64,000 nucleotides of DNA, taken from positions 7,785-71,784 of IMG/VR virus record IMGVR_UViG_3300017766_002362; one strand, written 5' to 3'. The notes below the pieces were generated by a model. That model was not told where the DNA came from. It did no database searches and saw nothing but the letters and a program-made list of their open reading frames with translations. Positions 16,484 to 26,168 of the stretch are shown in pieces (the first letter of the stretch is position 1; every line of letters begins with the position of its first letter). Position numbers and translations under genes: made by a program. Source of the DNA: a virus.

Positions 16484-17589
16484 TACTCCACCCGCAGAAG
16501 AATTGTATCTTTATTGATACGACCGTTCAACTCACTGGGCTTGGAATTAATCTCGCCCATGACCTTACGCAATACAATCTTGCCACCGTTGAGGACTCTG
16601 TCCAGCACATCCTTTGGCTTTCGCAGGGTCTTCGATATCGACTCAGAATATTTATAATTCTCAATCCCAGAACCCTTCACACCCAAGCCAGCCTGATCTG
16701 TTGCCACATAGACGCCAAGTTTGCGAGTCTTAACGTTATAGATCCATAACTTTTCGGCTCCCATGATCTTGACGGGATCGATCGAGACCAGTTTGTTCTC
16801 TGTATCATCCTTCTTGAACTTGAGGTTCTTGACCTTTTTCTCGAACGAGACTGGCTTCTTCTTGCGTGGCTTGCGAGCAGCATTCTTGTTAGAAGCAAGT
16901 TTCTCGGCATCGGTTGCAACTGCTGTAAAGAACTTCGCACCTTCAATCATTTCCTTTCGAGGGCGCGGATACGATTCTTTCACATACTCATCTTTTGATT
17001 CAATAATTGCAATCCAATCAGCAGCACGCTTTTTAAAATATTCTGCAATCTTCGAAGCATGCATTGGCTTTACTTCGTTCTCGACCATCCAAGTATATGG
17101 AACGAAAGTCTCGCCTGACTGCTTGTGCCATACATCATCAAACTTACTCTCAAGTTCCATGATGAATGTATCTGCCTTCGCCGTCACACGCTCTTGAATA
17201 GAGATGACGTTACTTGTATCCTGAACCTGCGGCAGATCAAGTTGACGTTCGCGAACGATTGCGTCAAGACGTTCCTTCATCTGCGGGATACGATTATCAC
17301 GGAAGTTGTTGTAAACGCTGTCAGGAACCCATGCGCCACGAGACAGACAACGCGCCAACCAGCCATCTACGATATTCCAAGAATCGTTCAGATAACTTGC
17401 GGCTTGTCGCTGCGGCTCAGTAATCAGATTATTCTTGACAAGATACTCAATCAAATACTTGCGAGCATCCTTGTTGTCTTTATGATGATTGTACCACTGA
17501 AACGCATGAACCAAATCAAATTGGCTGCAAGGTTGAGTGCGTGTTTCCCAGGTAGGTTCGGGAACAACCTTTGGTATAAACTTTGCCAT
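16483..17589 (-). CDS. Hypothetical T4-like phage protein
   Basis: 368 aa; promoter TTTACT-N17-TAATAT 7 nt before ATG. Confidence 0.75.
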   Translation of the reverse strand: MAKFIPKVVPEPTWETRTQPCSQFDLVHAFQWYNHHKDNKDARKYLIEYLVKNNLITEPQRQAASYLNDSWNIVDGWLARCLSRGAWVPDSVYNNFRDNRIPQMKERLDAIVRERQLDLPQVQDTSNVISIQERVTAKADTFIMELESKFDDVWHKQSGETFVPYTWMVENEVKPMHASKIAEYFKKRAADWIAIIESKDEYVKESYPRPRKEMIEGAKFFTAVATDAEKLASNKNAARKPRKKKPVSFEKKVKNLKFKKDDTENKLVSIDPVKIMGAEKLWIYNVKTRKLGVYVATDQAGLGVKGSGIENYKYSESISKTLRKPKDVLDRVLNGGKIVLRKVMGEINSKPSELNGRINKDTILLRVE

Positions 17590-17635
17590 GACTTATATAT
17601 TACTCTCTAATTTCGCAATAGTAAAGTTAAAATTG

Positions 17636-17839
17636 TTACTCGGTGATGATGTCGGTGCTTTCGCCGCTACCGTAGTCGGTGATCTCTTCGACCCACCGTG
17701 TTTTTTCTTTCTGGCGGTATAGGTCTAGTGCCTTCGCTCGGCTCTTGGTTGTGAGAATTTTCTTGTTCCCGTCTACTCGCTCCCCTGTAATCGGGTGGTT
17801 GACTCGGGCGTTTTCGTAAACTTCGTAATATTGCTTCAT
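17636..17839 (-). CDS. Hypothetical protein, leaderless
   Basis: MKQYYEV start at 17839, 6 nt after TATAAT. Confidence 0.65.
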   Translation of the reverse strand: MKQYYEVYENARVNHPITGERVDGNKKILTTKSRAKALDLYRQKEKTRWVEEITDYGSGESTDIITE

Positions 17840-17845
17840 ACAACC

Positions 17846-17905
17846 ATTATAGTCCAAAAAGCCAAATTTGTAAACAGAAAAAACTCTAATAAAATCAATA
17901 ACTTG
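17846..17905 (-). promoter_or_regulatory. Promoter TTTACA-N17-TATAAT with IHF-like box 17893-17905
   Basis: Read directly. Confidence 0.78.
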
Positions 17906-17914
17906 CGCACCAAC

Positions 17915-17938
17915 AAAAAAGGGGACTTTCGTCCCCTT
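17915..17938 (-). terminator. Rho-independent terminator after pstS-porin
   Basis: AAGGGGAC-GAAA-GTCCCC-TTTTTT. Confidence 0.85.
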
Positions 17939-17962
17939 CTTCGTTTCTAGTAGCAGACTAGA

Positions 17963-18934
17963 TTAGAACGCAAATACAAGGTCTACCATTAGACGCTTGT
18001 AATCGGCTTTGGCTGCACCAACCTCTACATCAAAGAGACTGCCGCGAACCTTCCAACCGTCAGCGAGCCCATAGGCTACGCGAATGGCTGTACCGTCATG
18101 AAGTGTTGCTTCACCACCAAAGTCACTATCAGTCCAAACGGCTGAGAGCGCATTGGCTTCTGCATCTTGCTTCAATAGACTTACTTCCCAATCACCTGCA
18201 TTTTTTGCATTTCCAAAGGTAACACCGTATGCTGTTGCCTTTTCTTGGGTTTTAGCCTCATCGTTGGTTAGTTGCTCAACAAAAAGTTTTACTGGAACAC
18301 CAGCAACATCCTTCTTGAGTGATGCACCAAGAACTAGTTGATCATGCTTTACGAGAGCATTACCAACTTTGACTTCCTGCTTCAATGTTGTCGCATGAGC
18401 AGCAACATCAAGACCAGCAAGTTTCTTGCTCAAACCAACTTGTAGACCAACAAGATCGCTGTCTTTTGCAACACCACCTTCAACTAATTTTAGATTGAAA
18501 GCACTGGCTGAAAGACCGCTGTCATGTTTCACCGCAACTGCCAATCCTTCTGGCTTGATGTCGTTATCGAAAAATAACGCATCAGAATGCCAAGGACGAT
18601 TCATCTTGCCAAGTGTTACCTTTGCAAATGGCGCAGCTGCATATTCAACATATGCCAAATTAAGTCCAACATTCTTCAATGAATTGCCTTCGCCAATGTC
18701 ATTCCAAGATGACTTTGTTGATCCAGTGCGAACACCGAATACAACTTTTGTCTTGTCATTGACATCAGCAGTTGCATTTAATTGCAAACGAAGACGATCA
18801 CGATTAGAGTTGACTGAACCAACTTCAAGATCATCGCTACGATAACCAAAGTCGCCACTCAACTTCACATCAGCAGCCTGTGCTACTGAGAACATTGCAC
18901 TCAAAATAACAGATGCTAGAATTGCTTTACGCAT
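17963..18934 (-). CDS. Putative outer-membrane porin
   Basis: Signal peptide (AQA), amphipathic beta-strands, RDRLRL and FDNDIKPEG motifs, C-terminal Phe. Confidence 0.8.
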   Translation of the reverse strand: MRKAILASVILSAMFSVAQAADVKLSGDFGYRSDDLEVGSVNSNRDRLRLQLNATADVNDKTKVVFGVRTGSTKSSWNDIGEGNSLKNVGLNLAYVEYAAAPFAKVTLGKMNRPWHSDALFFDNDIKPEGLAVAVKHDSGLSASAFNLKLVEGGVAKDSDLVGLQVGLSKKLAGLDVAAHATTLKQEVKVGNALVKHDQLVLGASLKKDVAGVPVKLFVEQLTNDEAKTQEKATAYGVTFGNAKNAGDWEVSLLKQDAEANALSAVWTDSDFGGEATLHDGTAIRVAYGLADGWKVRGSLFDVEVGAAKADYKRLMVDLVFAF

Positions 18935-18962
18935 ATCATATACTCCTTATTATACCGCGAAA

Positions 18963-19961
18963 TTACGGCTTAAAGTTTTTCATGACTTTGACATCTTTTC
19001 TTACTTGCGCAAGTTCAGATGAGTCAAGAGAAACTAGACCACGGTCTGAAAGATAACCTTCCTCGCCAATGGCTTTGTTACTCACGTACTCTTCCGCAAA
19101 TTCTTTTAGACCAGGAATGACACCAATGTGTGCTTTCTTGATATAAACGAAAAGTGGTCGAGCCGCAGTATATTTAGCACTGGAGATTGTTTCGAATGTA
19201 GGAGCAATACCGTCGATTTTTAACGCTTTGATTCGATCAGCGTTCTCTTCTAGGAAACTATAACCAAAAATACCAAGAGCATTCTTATTGCCAACTAATT
19301 TTTGAACAATCAAATTATCATTCTCACCTGCTTCAACGTAAGCACCGTCTTCACGAATTAGATGACACTTCTTTTTGTCATCAAATGGGCAACCTGATTC
19401 CATAAACAATTCATGAAATGAATCGCGTGTGCCAGAAGTTGGTGGCGGACCAAGCACTTCAATTTTTGTTGCTGGTAATTTTGCATCAATTTGATTCCAT
19501 GTCTTATATGGATTTGGAATTAAATTTCCTGATGCATCTGGAATTTGCTTTGCTAATGCTTTCCAAAGTTGTTCCTTTGTGATGTTAGTGAACTTACCTG
19601 CTTTTGATTCGGCAACTGTTAAGCCATCGTAACCAATTTTAATTTCAATGATTTCATTGACACCATTTTTGGCGCAAGTATCAAACTCGCCTTTCTTCAT
19701 TGCGCGTGATGCATTCGCAACATCTGGGAATTGTGGACCAACACCATTACAAAATAACTTGATGCCACCACCAGTGCCTGTTGATTCTACTTTTGGTGTC
19801 TTGAACTTCCCAACACGACCAAATTGTTCAGCAACAGTTGTTGTGAATGGATATACTGTTGAAGATCCTACTGCTGTAATTTGATCTCTGCCTTGTGCGT
19901 TTGCGACATGAGAGACAACGAGTAGGGTGAAAGCAAAAAGAATTGCTAGTTTAGATTTCAT
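18963..19961 (-). CDS. pstS: Phosphate ABC transporter substrate-binding protein
   Basis: VGSSTVYPF, ESTGTGGG.KLFC, NASR, GPPPTSGTRDSF. Confidence 0.93.
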   Translation of the reverse strand: MKSKLAILFAFTLLVVSHVANAQGRDQITAVGSSTVYPFTTTVAEQFGRVGKFKTPKVESTGTGGGIKLFCNGVGPQFPDVANASRAMKKGEFDTCAKNGVNEIIEIKIGYDGLTVAESKAGKFTNITKEQLWKALAKQIPDASGNLIPNPYKTWNQIDAKLPATKIEVLGPPPTSGTRDSFHELFMESGCPFDDKKKCHLIREDGAYVEAGENDNLIVQKLVGNKNALGIFGYSFLEENADRIKALKIDGIAPTFETISSAKYTAARPLFVYIKKAHIGVIPGLKEFAEEYVSNKAIGEEGYLSDRGLVSLDSSELAQVRKDVKVMKNFKP

Positions 19962-19987
19962 GGGCTGACTCCTTTAGGGTTGGAATC

Positions 19988-20035
19988 AGTATATAGAGAA
20001 AAAGTATTACGAACAGGTTAAAATCTCGGTTCATC
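19988..20035 (-). promoter_or_regulatory. Possible Pho-box promoter of pstS
   Basis: TTAAC-N6-GTAAT (11-bp period) about 10 bp upstream of TATATACT. Confidence 0.4.
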
Positions 20036-20147
20036 TATCGTCACGCGCTGCGCATCGCGTCCTAGATTCCTCTTTTACAAAGACAGCCATCGCTATGCGA
20101 CAAACCTTACACCGAAAGGTAGGGCGGCTGGTTGTGTATTTAGTATT

Positions 20148-20402
20148 TTATCCGATCGAGATGGATTTTACGCTATTAATTTTAAACGAGCGCCAACCAC
20201 TTACCTCAGTATCCCAAACAGAAAGGGTTTCTGAATTCGATTCTCGAAGCACAATTTGACCATTTGTTGTTGATGCATTAGGAATATAATCTGTCAACAA
20301 CGTACACTTCATAATTCTTTCTTCGCCATTTACTTTTGTAAATGTTACAGTCACAACATTGTGGCGGAGCATATCAACTAAACCATCACGAGTAAAAATC
20401 AT
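20148..20402 (-). CDS. WYL_2/SH3-like beta-barrel protein
   Basis: VTFTKVNGEER.MKCTL...VWD....GWRSF. Confidence 0.8.
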   Translation of the reverse strand: MIFTRDGLVDMLRHNVVTVTFTKVNGEERIMKCTLLTDYIPNASTTNGQIVLRESNSETLSVWDTEVSGWRSFKINSVKSISIG

Positions 20403-20408
20403 ATAACC

Positions 20409-20783
20409 TCACACTTGTTTAATTAATTCTTTGATTTTATTATTAGGGAATTGCCAGTTAGAAAGTATTTTCTCAAACATTGCTCTGACGTCACGTTTTG
20501 GAATTACTTTATTCTTTACCATCATACCATTGTAACCTGCTTTCGCATAGTTACTGATAAAATGCTGTATATCTCCAATGTATGCACACATTACCTCAGC
20601 TGAATCAGTATCACCACCCTTATAGGTTAAGATATGATATTTAAATCCTAATTCATCTGGTTTTAATTTTTTATCAACGTATTTGTAAACAGTAGAATCG
20701 AGTTCTTGCCTGATTTCGTTTTTTTCTACTATGGTATCGACATGCCACAACGCACCGTCGCATTCATCGTAAGTTATTTCCAT
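20409..20783 (-). CDS. Hypothetical protein
   Basis: Start MEITY after GAGGGG RBS. Confidence 0.6.
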   Translation of the reverse strand: MEITYDECDGALWHVDTIVEKNEIRQELDSTVYKYVDKKLKPDELGFKYHILTYKGGDTDSAEVMCAYIGDIQHFISNYAKAGYNGMMVKNKVIPKRDVRAMFEKILSNWQFPNNKIKELIKQV

Positions 20784-21348
20784 GGCTTTTCCCCCTCTCT
20801 TCTTCTTTTTTGCAACACATATATCTTGCAATATACCAAGCGTCAACAATGTCTGTTGTTGGTGAACCTAGTTTTGTCGTAGGAGATATTATACTATGTA
20901 AATCTACAAAAGTATCCTTTACAAATGACTCATACATCTTTTCTTTTGTAGCGTTACCTTTTCCCGTTGCATATTTTTTAACAACAGTTGGCGCTACTGT
21001 AAAAAAATTGTATCCTGCTTTGTAAAGCATGTACTTTAGAATGCCACAATTTTCAGCCAAATTAAAAACTCTACCCTTTGAGCCAAAAGAATAATCTTCA
21101 ATGAGTATTGTTACTTCTCTCTTATCAAAGTCAGAAAGTATTGATAACACCCAAGAGGCATTGTTCTCATATCTTTCTTGATCGGTCAAATACTCTTGGT
21201 GTTCTTCGCCAAGAATGTTATGAAATTTTCCTTGTACAGTCTTTCGATCATTCAAAAAATAAAAAAATGAATTTGAGAATGTCTTGTCGCGACTAACGCA
21301 AACGCAAGGAGAAGTTAGGCTGTAATCAATTCCAACTATTACTGTCAT
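20764..21348 (-). CDS. RuvC-like Holliday junction resolvase
   Basis: VGIDYS, IEDY, VKKYATGKGNATKEKM, DIVDA. Confidence 0.85.
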   Translation of the reverse strand: MTVIVGIDYSLTSPCVCVSRDKTFSNSFFYFLNDRKTVQGKFHNILGEEHQEYLTDQERYENNASWVLSILSDFDKREVTILIEDYSFGSKGRVFNLAENCGILKYMLYKAGYNFFTVAPTVVKKYATGKGNATKEKMYESFVKDTFVDLHSIISPTTKLGSPTTDIVDAWYIARYMCCKKEEERGKSHGNNLR

Positions 21349-21550
21349 CTTCTTCTTTATTCAATTCATCATCTAAATAATCCATATCTTCATCGTCATC
21401 GTTGAAGTTTAGTTCTTCATTCTCATTGTCATAAAAATCGCCACAAAATGGGCAATGACTTGGAGAATAACTTACTTCGTCTTCTTCATATGACAATGTG
21501 AATGTTGATCCACAGTTATCGCAAATTAATTTTAAATCTGGCATCATCAA
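21326..21550 (-). CDS. Zinc-ribbon protein with acidic tail
   Basis: CDNC...CPFCG. Confidence 0.7.
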   Translation of the reverse strand: MMMPDLKLICDNCGSTFTLSYEEDEVSYSPSHCPFCGDFYDNENEELNFNDDDEDMDYLDDELNKEEDDSNSWN

Positions 21551-21894
21551 CTCCTGGTTACTGCGAGAATCTTTTCTATTTGTTTTTTGATTACCGCTTC
21601 TCTATTTTCCCATTTAATCATAGGCTTATCTGGGTTCTTCATTAAATTATATAGTAAAGGCAACATTAATCCTTCTAACTCTTTTAATTTAGCCTTATGC
21701 TTTTCTTCTAGCGCAGCAACATATGCATTCTGCAAAGTTTGTTCTTGCGCGTCTAGCAAAGAATCAATCTTAGCCTGTAGTGTTTGTAATTGATCATTGT
21801 TAATGGACTGAGTTGTCGGCGCAGTTGATGGTGTAGTTGTTTCATCATCTGCGAAACTAAATCCAAAATCAAAATCGTTTTCTACCGTTGACAT
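21547..21894 (-). CDS. Hypothetical T4-like phage protein
   Basis: DFDFGFS...LPLLYNLMKNPDK..IKW.NR. Confidence 0.7.
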   Translation of the reverse strand: MSTVENDFDFGFSFADDETTTPSTAPTTQSINNDQLQTLQAKIDSLLDAQEQTLQNAYVAALEEKHKAKLKELEGLMLPLLYNLMKNPDKPMIKWENREAVIKKQIEKILAVTRS

Positions 21895-21906
21895 TTTATC
21901 TTTCCT

Positions 21907-22482
21907 CTACCAAGTCCAAGACACATAACTGTATCTTATGCCTTTTGTTACTTCTGTTACTTTATGAGGATACATAAAGGTGCTTGGGAAAATCATAATC
22001 TGCCCTGCTTTGAGTTCAATCTTTTCCTGTTCCCAAAATATTAAATCGCCACCTTCATAATCATCATTTAAACAACCAAGAATTGAAAGTACTGGTACAC
22101 CTTTTCTGGTTCCATCAAACATACTGTGTATGTGATCGCAATGTAATTTCATTCTTGTGTCGACATCATAACGATTATAACGAATTTGAGTGTAACCATT
22201 CCAACTAGAAAACCATTCGCTCATATAATCACAATCTTTTTGAATGTACTGCTGTATCGCAAACCATATTTTATCTTGAATAATTTTTGTTTCTGGTATT
22301 TCTTGCCCATACCCAACTGAAAGTTCTTTTTCGTGACTTATAAATTGGTTTGTACGTGGGGTGTAAAAGGTGTGAGTAGACCAGTCAGTTTTGTTTAATT
22401 GTTTTACGACTTTCTTACATAGTTTTTTATCTAGAAAATCATCATAAATTTTGACATAATCTTTTACATTCATGGACATCAT
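21907..22482 (-). CDS. Prolyl-4-hydroxylase-like 2OG-Fe(II) oxygenase
   Basis: HCD, LNDDYEGG, FPS.FMYPHKV..VTKG.RYS. Confidence 0.85.
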   Translation of the reverse strand: MMSMNVKDYVKIYDDFLDKKLCKKVVKQLNKTDWSTHTFYTPRTNQFISHEKELSVGYGQEIPETKIIQDKIWFAIQQYIQKDCDYMSEWFSSWNGYTQIRYNRYDVDTRMKLHCDHIHSMFDGTRKGVPVLSILGCLNDDYEGGDLIFWEQEKIELKAGQIMIFPSTFMYPHKVTEVTKGIRYSYVSWTW

Positions 22483-23123
22483 TTTTTATTGACCTCATAA
22501 TCATATCGGTCGTCGTCTGAAAGAACCCACTTAGATGTGTTTTCAACAGACCACATCTGCGTACCAAGTTTACGTTCAATTATATTTTGTCCAGGTTTTG
22601 TAACAAACGAAGGTTCAAATGCGCGACAACGATTATTTGGTTGAATAGCAAAATTTCCATTGTCTAGTCTAATTACATGACCGCACTTATGTTGTCCAGG
22701 AACCTCACTAAATCCTGTGTCCAACATATTACGATCTTCCTGCGACCAATCTAGAGTAAACATATAAGTGCCTTCGTTCCATTTTTTATTTCTATCAATG
22801 TACTTCATTCTCTTGTTACAGAGAAAGTCATATTGAGTCACACCAATATAAGAACTAAAGCAATCCCACAAAACTAGATTATAGAGTTCTTCTTGCGCCG
22901 CAGGAACTTTATGACAGAAAGCGTGGATTGGCATGCGGAACCAAAGCCCTTCGTCTTCCATAATGAAATGAAAAAGCGGGGCACGATGCGGTATCGACGC
23001 CACGCCGAATATAAGGACGGGAAGATATGTGTCCTTCGCTTCATCGAACTCTGTTCTGTTCTGAAGAAAATTAGTCCGCACATAACATTCTATGGGCGGG
23101 ATGTTTGCATTTAAATATGCCAT
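22479..23123 (-). CDS. Hypothetical T4-like phage protein
   Basis: MAYLNANIP...WDCFS...HKCGHV...QPNNR. Confidence 0.75.
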   Translation of the reverse strand: MAYLNANIPPIECYVRTNFLQNRTEFDEAKDTYLPVLIFGVASIPHRAPLFHFIMEDEGLWFRMPIHAFCHKVPAAQEELYNLVLWDCFSSYIGVTQYDFLCNKRMKYIDRNKKWNEGTYMFTLDWSQEDRNMLDTGFSEVPGQHKCGHVIRLDNGNFAIQPNNRCRAFEPSFVTKPGQNIIERKLGTQMWSVENTSKWVLSDDDRYDYEVNKK

Positions 23124-23138
23124 GCTAGTATATAGTTT

Positions 23139-23720
23139 TTAGTCAAAGAAAAACATTTGCCACAATCTACCGTCTAGCATATTTTGTCCGAAATACTCAC
23201 TAGCAGAGTGAATTGAACTTGCGTCAAAAATTACTAAGCGATTAAACACATTACCAGCAACATCAACTGGCTCGAATGGCGTTTTATCTAAATGAGTTTT
23301 TTCTGATGTTTCCCATACTTCGCTCCATCTAGAATCATAATAATCTCTTACGCGAGATTTTTTATGAGCATATAACGTAGTTCCAGATTCAAATGGAGCG
23401 TCTGGAGTCAAATACAACATGCCACCCCAACGTTGCTGATCGCAGTGATATACCAATGGTTCTCCAGCCCAACAAACTTGGAATCTTCCATTCATCCCAT
23501 GCTCTTCCCATTTTTCAATTTTTCTCCCAATAATATTCTCGAATTGCTCTTTTAATCCAGAAAATAAAAATTGATGTGCAGTTCTTCGACCTATAAACCC
23601 TTTTCCCAATCCACCCTCAATATATTCTTGTTTTAATGCATTTTCTCTGATTGCGTATGGGTTTTGGTAAAAGTCGTCTACAATCCACAATCGATTTCTT
23701 TGGTTTTTGTTAAACAACAT
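23139..23720 (-). CDS. Putative 2OG-Fe(II) oxygenase-like protein
   Basis: IVDDFY.NP..IRE, HCD, NVFNRLVIFD..IHSA, R..QMFFF. Confidence 0.7.
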   Translation of the reverse strand: MLFNKNQRNRLWIVDDFYQNPYAIRENALKQEYIEGGLGKGFIGRRTAHQFLFSGLKEQFENIIGRKIEKWEEHGMNGRFQVCWAGEPLVYHCDQQRWGGMLYLTPDAPFESGTTLYAHKKSRVRDYYDSRWSEVWETSEKTHLDKTPFEPVDVAGNVFNRLVIFDASSIHSASEYFGQNMLDGRLWQMFFFD

Positions 23721-23733
23721 TTTTTTGCACCAT

Positions 23734-24987
23734 TTATGTGTTATTTAAAAAATATTTTTCTATTTGTTTTATCCCATTTACGTCTTTCATTTTTTCAATA
23801 ATTTCACGCGAGACCAGTTCTGGATGCACCCACCAATCTTCGAATGTAGAAACACCATCTGGTGAAACATCGCTTACGACTAATTCATAACCTATCGATT
23901 CCAAATATTTTCTGGATTTAAATCGATAACTTCTAGTAATATCCACATAATGATCATGCTCATATGTGATCACTCCAAATTTAAACTGTTCAAAAGGAAT
24001 CATGAGCAAAATATCGAACGTTGTTTTTGATGGTTCGCAATCTAGTTGGAGATAATCTACTATTCCATCTGGAGAAATTTCTTTTAGAATTTTTTTATAA
24101 TTAACCTTTGTGGCGTCAGCCAACATCACTTTATTTTTTCTATCTTTATTATATTCCTCTACAAATTCTTGCTTATACTCTAAACCAACTCCTACCCAAT
24201 CGAATTCAGTTTCTAGGAGTGCAGTATTATTACCCAACCATGGCTTGGCGCTTCCAATTTCTAGATATTTACCGCCACGTTTCCCATTGAGCATGGAAAG
24301 AATAAACATATCTTGATACACTTGAGCATAACTTCTAGTGATATTTTCAGATCCTGGAAATTTATATCTTAATTTAGAATGTTTAGATTTATCATAGTAT
24401 CTAAATGCTTGACTTTCTGGACCACTTCCAAGTTTGGTCATATTAGTTTGCACTGCATTATAGTGCACCTCATCCATAATATCAGCATACTCATCTGCTA
24501 ACAAATGGAACAGACCACGCGATTCCATTCCTCTCCCCCACCACCAAGCAGAAACTGCCTTTTGAAAAATTAACGCATATTTACCAGGATAGCCTACATG
24601 TTTTTTTAATGGAGGATTAATTTTGTCAGCATATTTTAATCCCATTTCGGCAAAGGTATATGAATCAGTGTATTCATTTATTCTTTCATAATGTCTGCTT
24701 AATAAAAAATAAGCCTCTGGTCTTTCTGGCAATAGAGATATTGCGTGTTTGTAAAGACAACGTACTGTGTTGTCACGTTTTCCTTGATACTCAAAACACT
24801 CTGCTATCTTTAAGAGACAATAGTATGACAGATGATTATCGCTGGTTCTTTCCGCAGCACGAAGATAAAACGAAATAGCACCAGCACTTTGATTTTTATC
24901 ATGATAAAAATGAGCCAGAATTAAATTTTTCTCTGGATCTTCAGGATTGTACGCATATTCACGCAACGCATTTTCTAACTCAAACAT
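23734..24987 (-). CDS. TPR domain plus FkbM-like methyltransferase
   Basis: N-terminal TPR-like helices (P.RPEAY); QD.F, YLEIGS, NNTALLE, DYLQLDCE. Confidence 0.75.
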   Translation of the reverse strand: MFELENALREYAYNPEDPEKNLILAHFYHDKNQSAGAISFYLRAAERTSDNHLSYYCLLKIAECFEYQGKRDNTVRCLYKHAISLLPERPEAYFLLSRHYERINEYTDSYTFAEMGLKYADKINPPLKKHVGYPGKYALIFQKAVSAWWWGRGMESRGLFHLLADEYADIMDEVHYNAVQTNMTKLGSGPESQAFRYYDKSKHSKLRYKFPGSENITRSYAQVYQDMFILSMLNGKRGGKYLEIGSAKPWLGNNTALLETEFDWVGVGLEYKQEFVEEYNKDRKNKVMLADATKVNYKKILKEISPDGIVDYLQLDCEPSKTTFDILLMIPFEQFKFGVITYEHDHYVDITRSYRFKSRKYLESIGYELVVSDVSPDGVSTFEDWWVHPELVSREIIEKMKDVNGIKQIEKYFLNNT

Positions 24988-25937
24988 AATTCCCCCATCT
25001 TAATACCAGGAATTTTTAGTATGTATGCTGTATTGTCTTGAAAACCAAAAGTAATTAAAAAGTCATTGTTTAAGTCTTGAGTCATACCAGCACAAAATTC
25101 TATCTCAGCGCCCATAAAGTCGAACGGATCTGTATACTTTACAACGTTCCAGTTTTTATCCCATACAACAAAACAATGTCTGTATGTTGCGTTTTTGCGA
25201 CCTGCTTCGCTCTTAAATAAATTAACCACATGAACGCAAGCAATTCTATAGTCGCCCACAGGAATTACTTGCGAGCCGCCTCTGTAGTCATATGATTTTT
25301 GTGCATATGACCCTAAAAAAACTGTTTCGCATGTCTTATTGATTGGATCAACTTTTACTACTTCTGTTGGATTGCACCACTTAACATAATGGTATGGCAT
25401 ATCCGTTATTGGCATCCAATTTTTTTCGCAATAAGAACTATTTGGCGGTGGCGCAGGTATTCTAAATCGAGAAATTTCTTTATAGTCTACGATTTCTGAG
25501 AGTTCCATTCTGCCAACACCGTTTGTTGTTGTATCTCGTCTAACGCCACTAGTATAAAGTTTATTATCCCATCTGACTAAGCGTACATCTTCTAATCCAA
25601 TAAATTCCCATATTGGTTTTACGTCTAACTTCGAAGTATCAATTACAGTTGATTTTGTAATTTGTAAATCGTTGTTTAATTCGCAAAGATAATTTTTTGT
25701 CGTTAAGGTAATGTCGTTTTCTGGATTTAGATAAACTAATGGACCATATTGATGTTCGAATCTATTTTTTTCTGCGTGATAAATCGTGTATTGGCAGTGT
25801 CTAACATTGACCAATAATTTATCTTTGTCCAAATACACAGAAGGATTGAACAATCCAGTTCCTTTGTATACTAGATCATCAATGATGAGGGGAGCAATCC
25901 TCCCCCCAGCATTTAACACTTTTGTTACGAAGTTCAT
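24975..25937 (-). CDS. Beta-propeller glycoside hydrolase/phosphorylase-like protein
   Basis: FNPSV, GLEDVRLV, EKNWMP, RGGSQ, IEFCAG. Confidence 0.6.
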   Translation of the reverse strand: MNFVTKVLNAGGRIAPLIIDDLVYKGTGLFNPSVYLDKDKLLVNVRHCQYTIYHAEKNRFEHQYGPLVYLNPENDITLTTKNYLCELNNDLQITKSTVIDTSKLDVKPIWEFIGLEDVRLVRWDNKLYTSGVRRDTTTNGVGRMELSEIVDYKEISRFRIPAPPPNSSYCEKNWMPITDMPYHYVKWCNPTEVVKVDPINKTCETVFLGSYAQKSYDYRGGSQVIPVGDYRIACVHVVNLFKSEAGRKNATYRHCFVVWDKNWNVVKYTDPFDFMGAEIEFCAGMTQDLNNDFLITFGFQDNTAYILKIPGIKMGELCLS

Positions 25938-25953
25938 AGTGTATCACTTACAG

Positions 25954-26145
25954 TTAGTTAGCAACTACTTCCTCTGAAGCAACTTCGGCAGCAGGTGCTG
26001 CTTCAGCAGCAGGAGCGGCTTCTTCGGCAACAGGGGCTTCGACAGCAACTTCAGCAGCAGGGGCTGCTTCAACTGCGACTTCTTCCTTTGCGCCACAAGC
26101 AACGAGACCAAGAGCAACTAGACCAACAAGAATTGACTTTGACAT
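25954..26145 (-). CDS. Small lipoprotein with Ala/Glu/Pro repeats
   Basis: LVAC lipobox; EAAPAAE repeats. Confidence 0.75.
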   Translation of the reverse strand: MSKSILVGLVALGLVACGAKEEVAVEAAPAAEVAVEAPVAEEAAPAAEAAPAAEVASEEVVAN

Positions 26146-26168
26146 ATATTTTCTCCTTTATTAATTTA

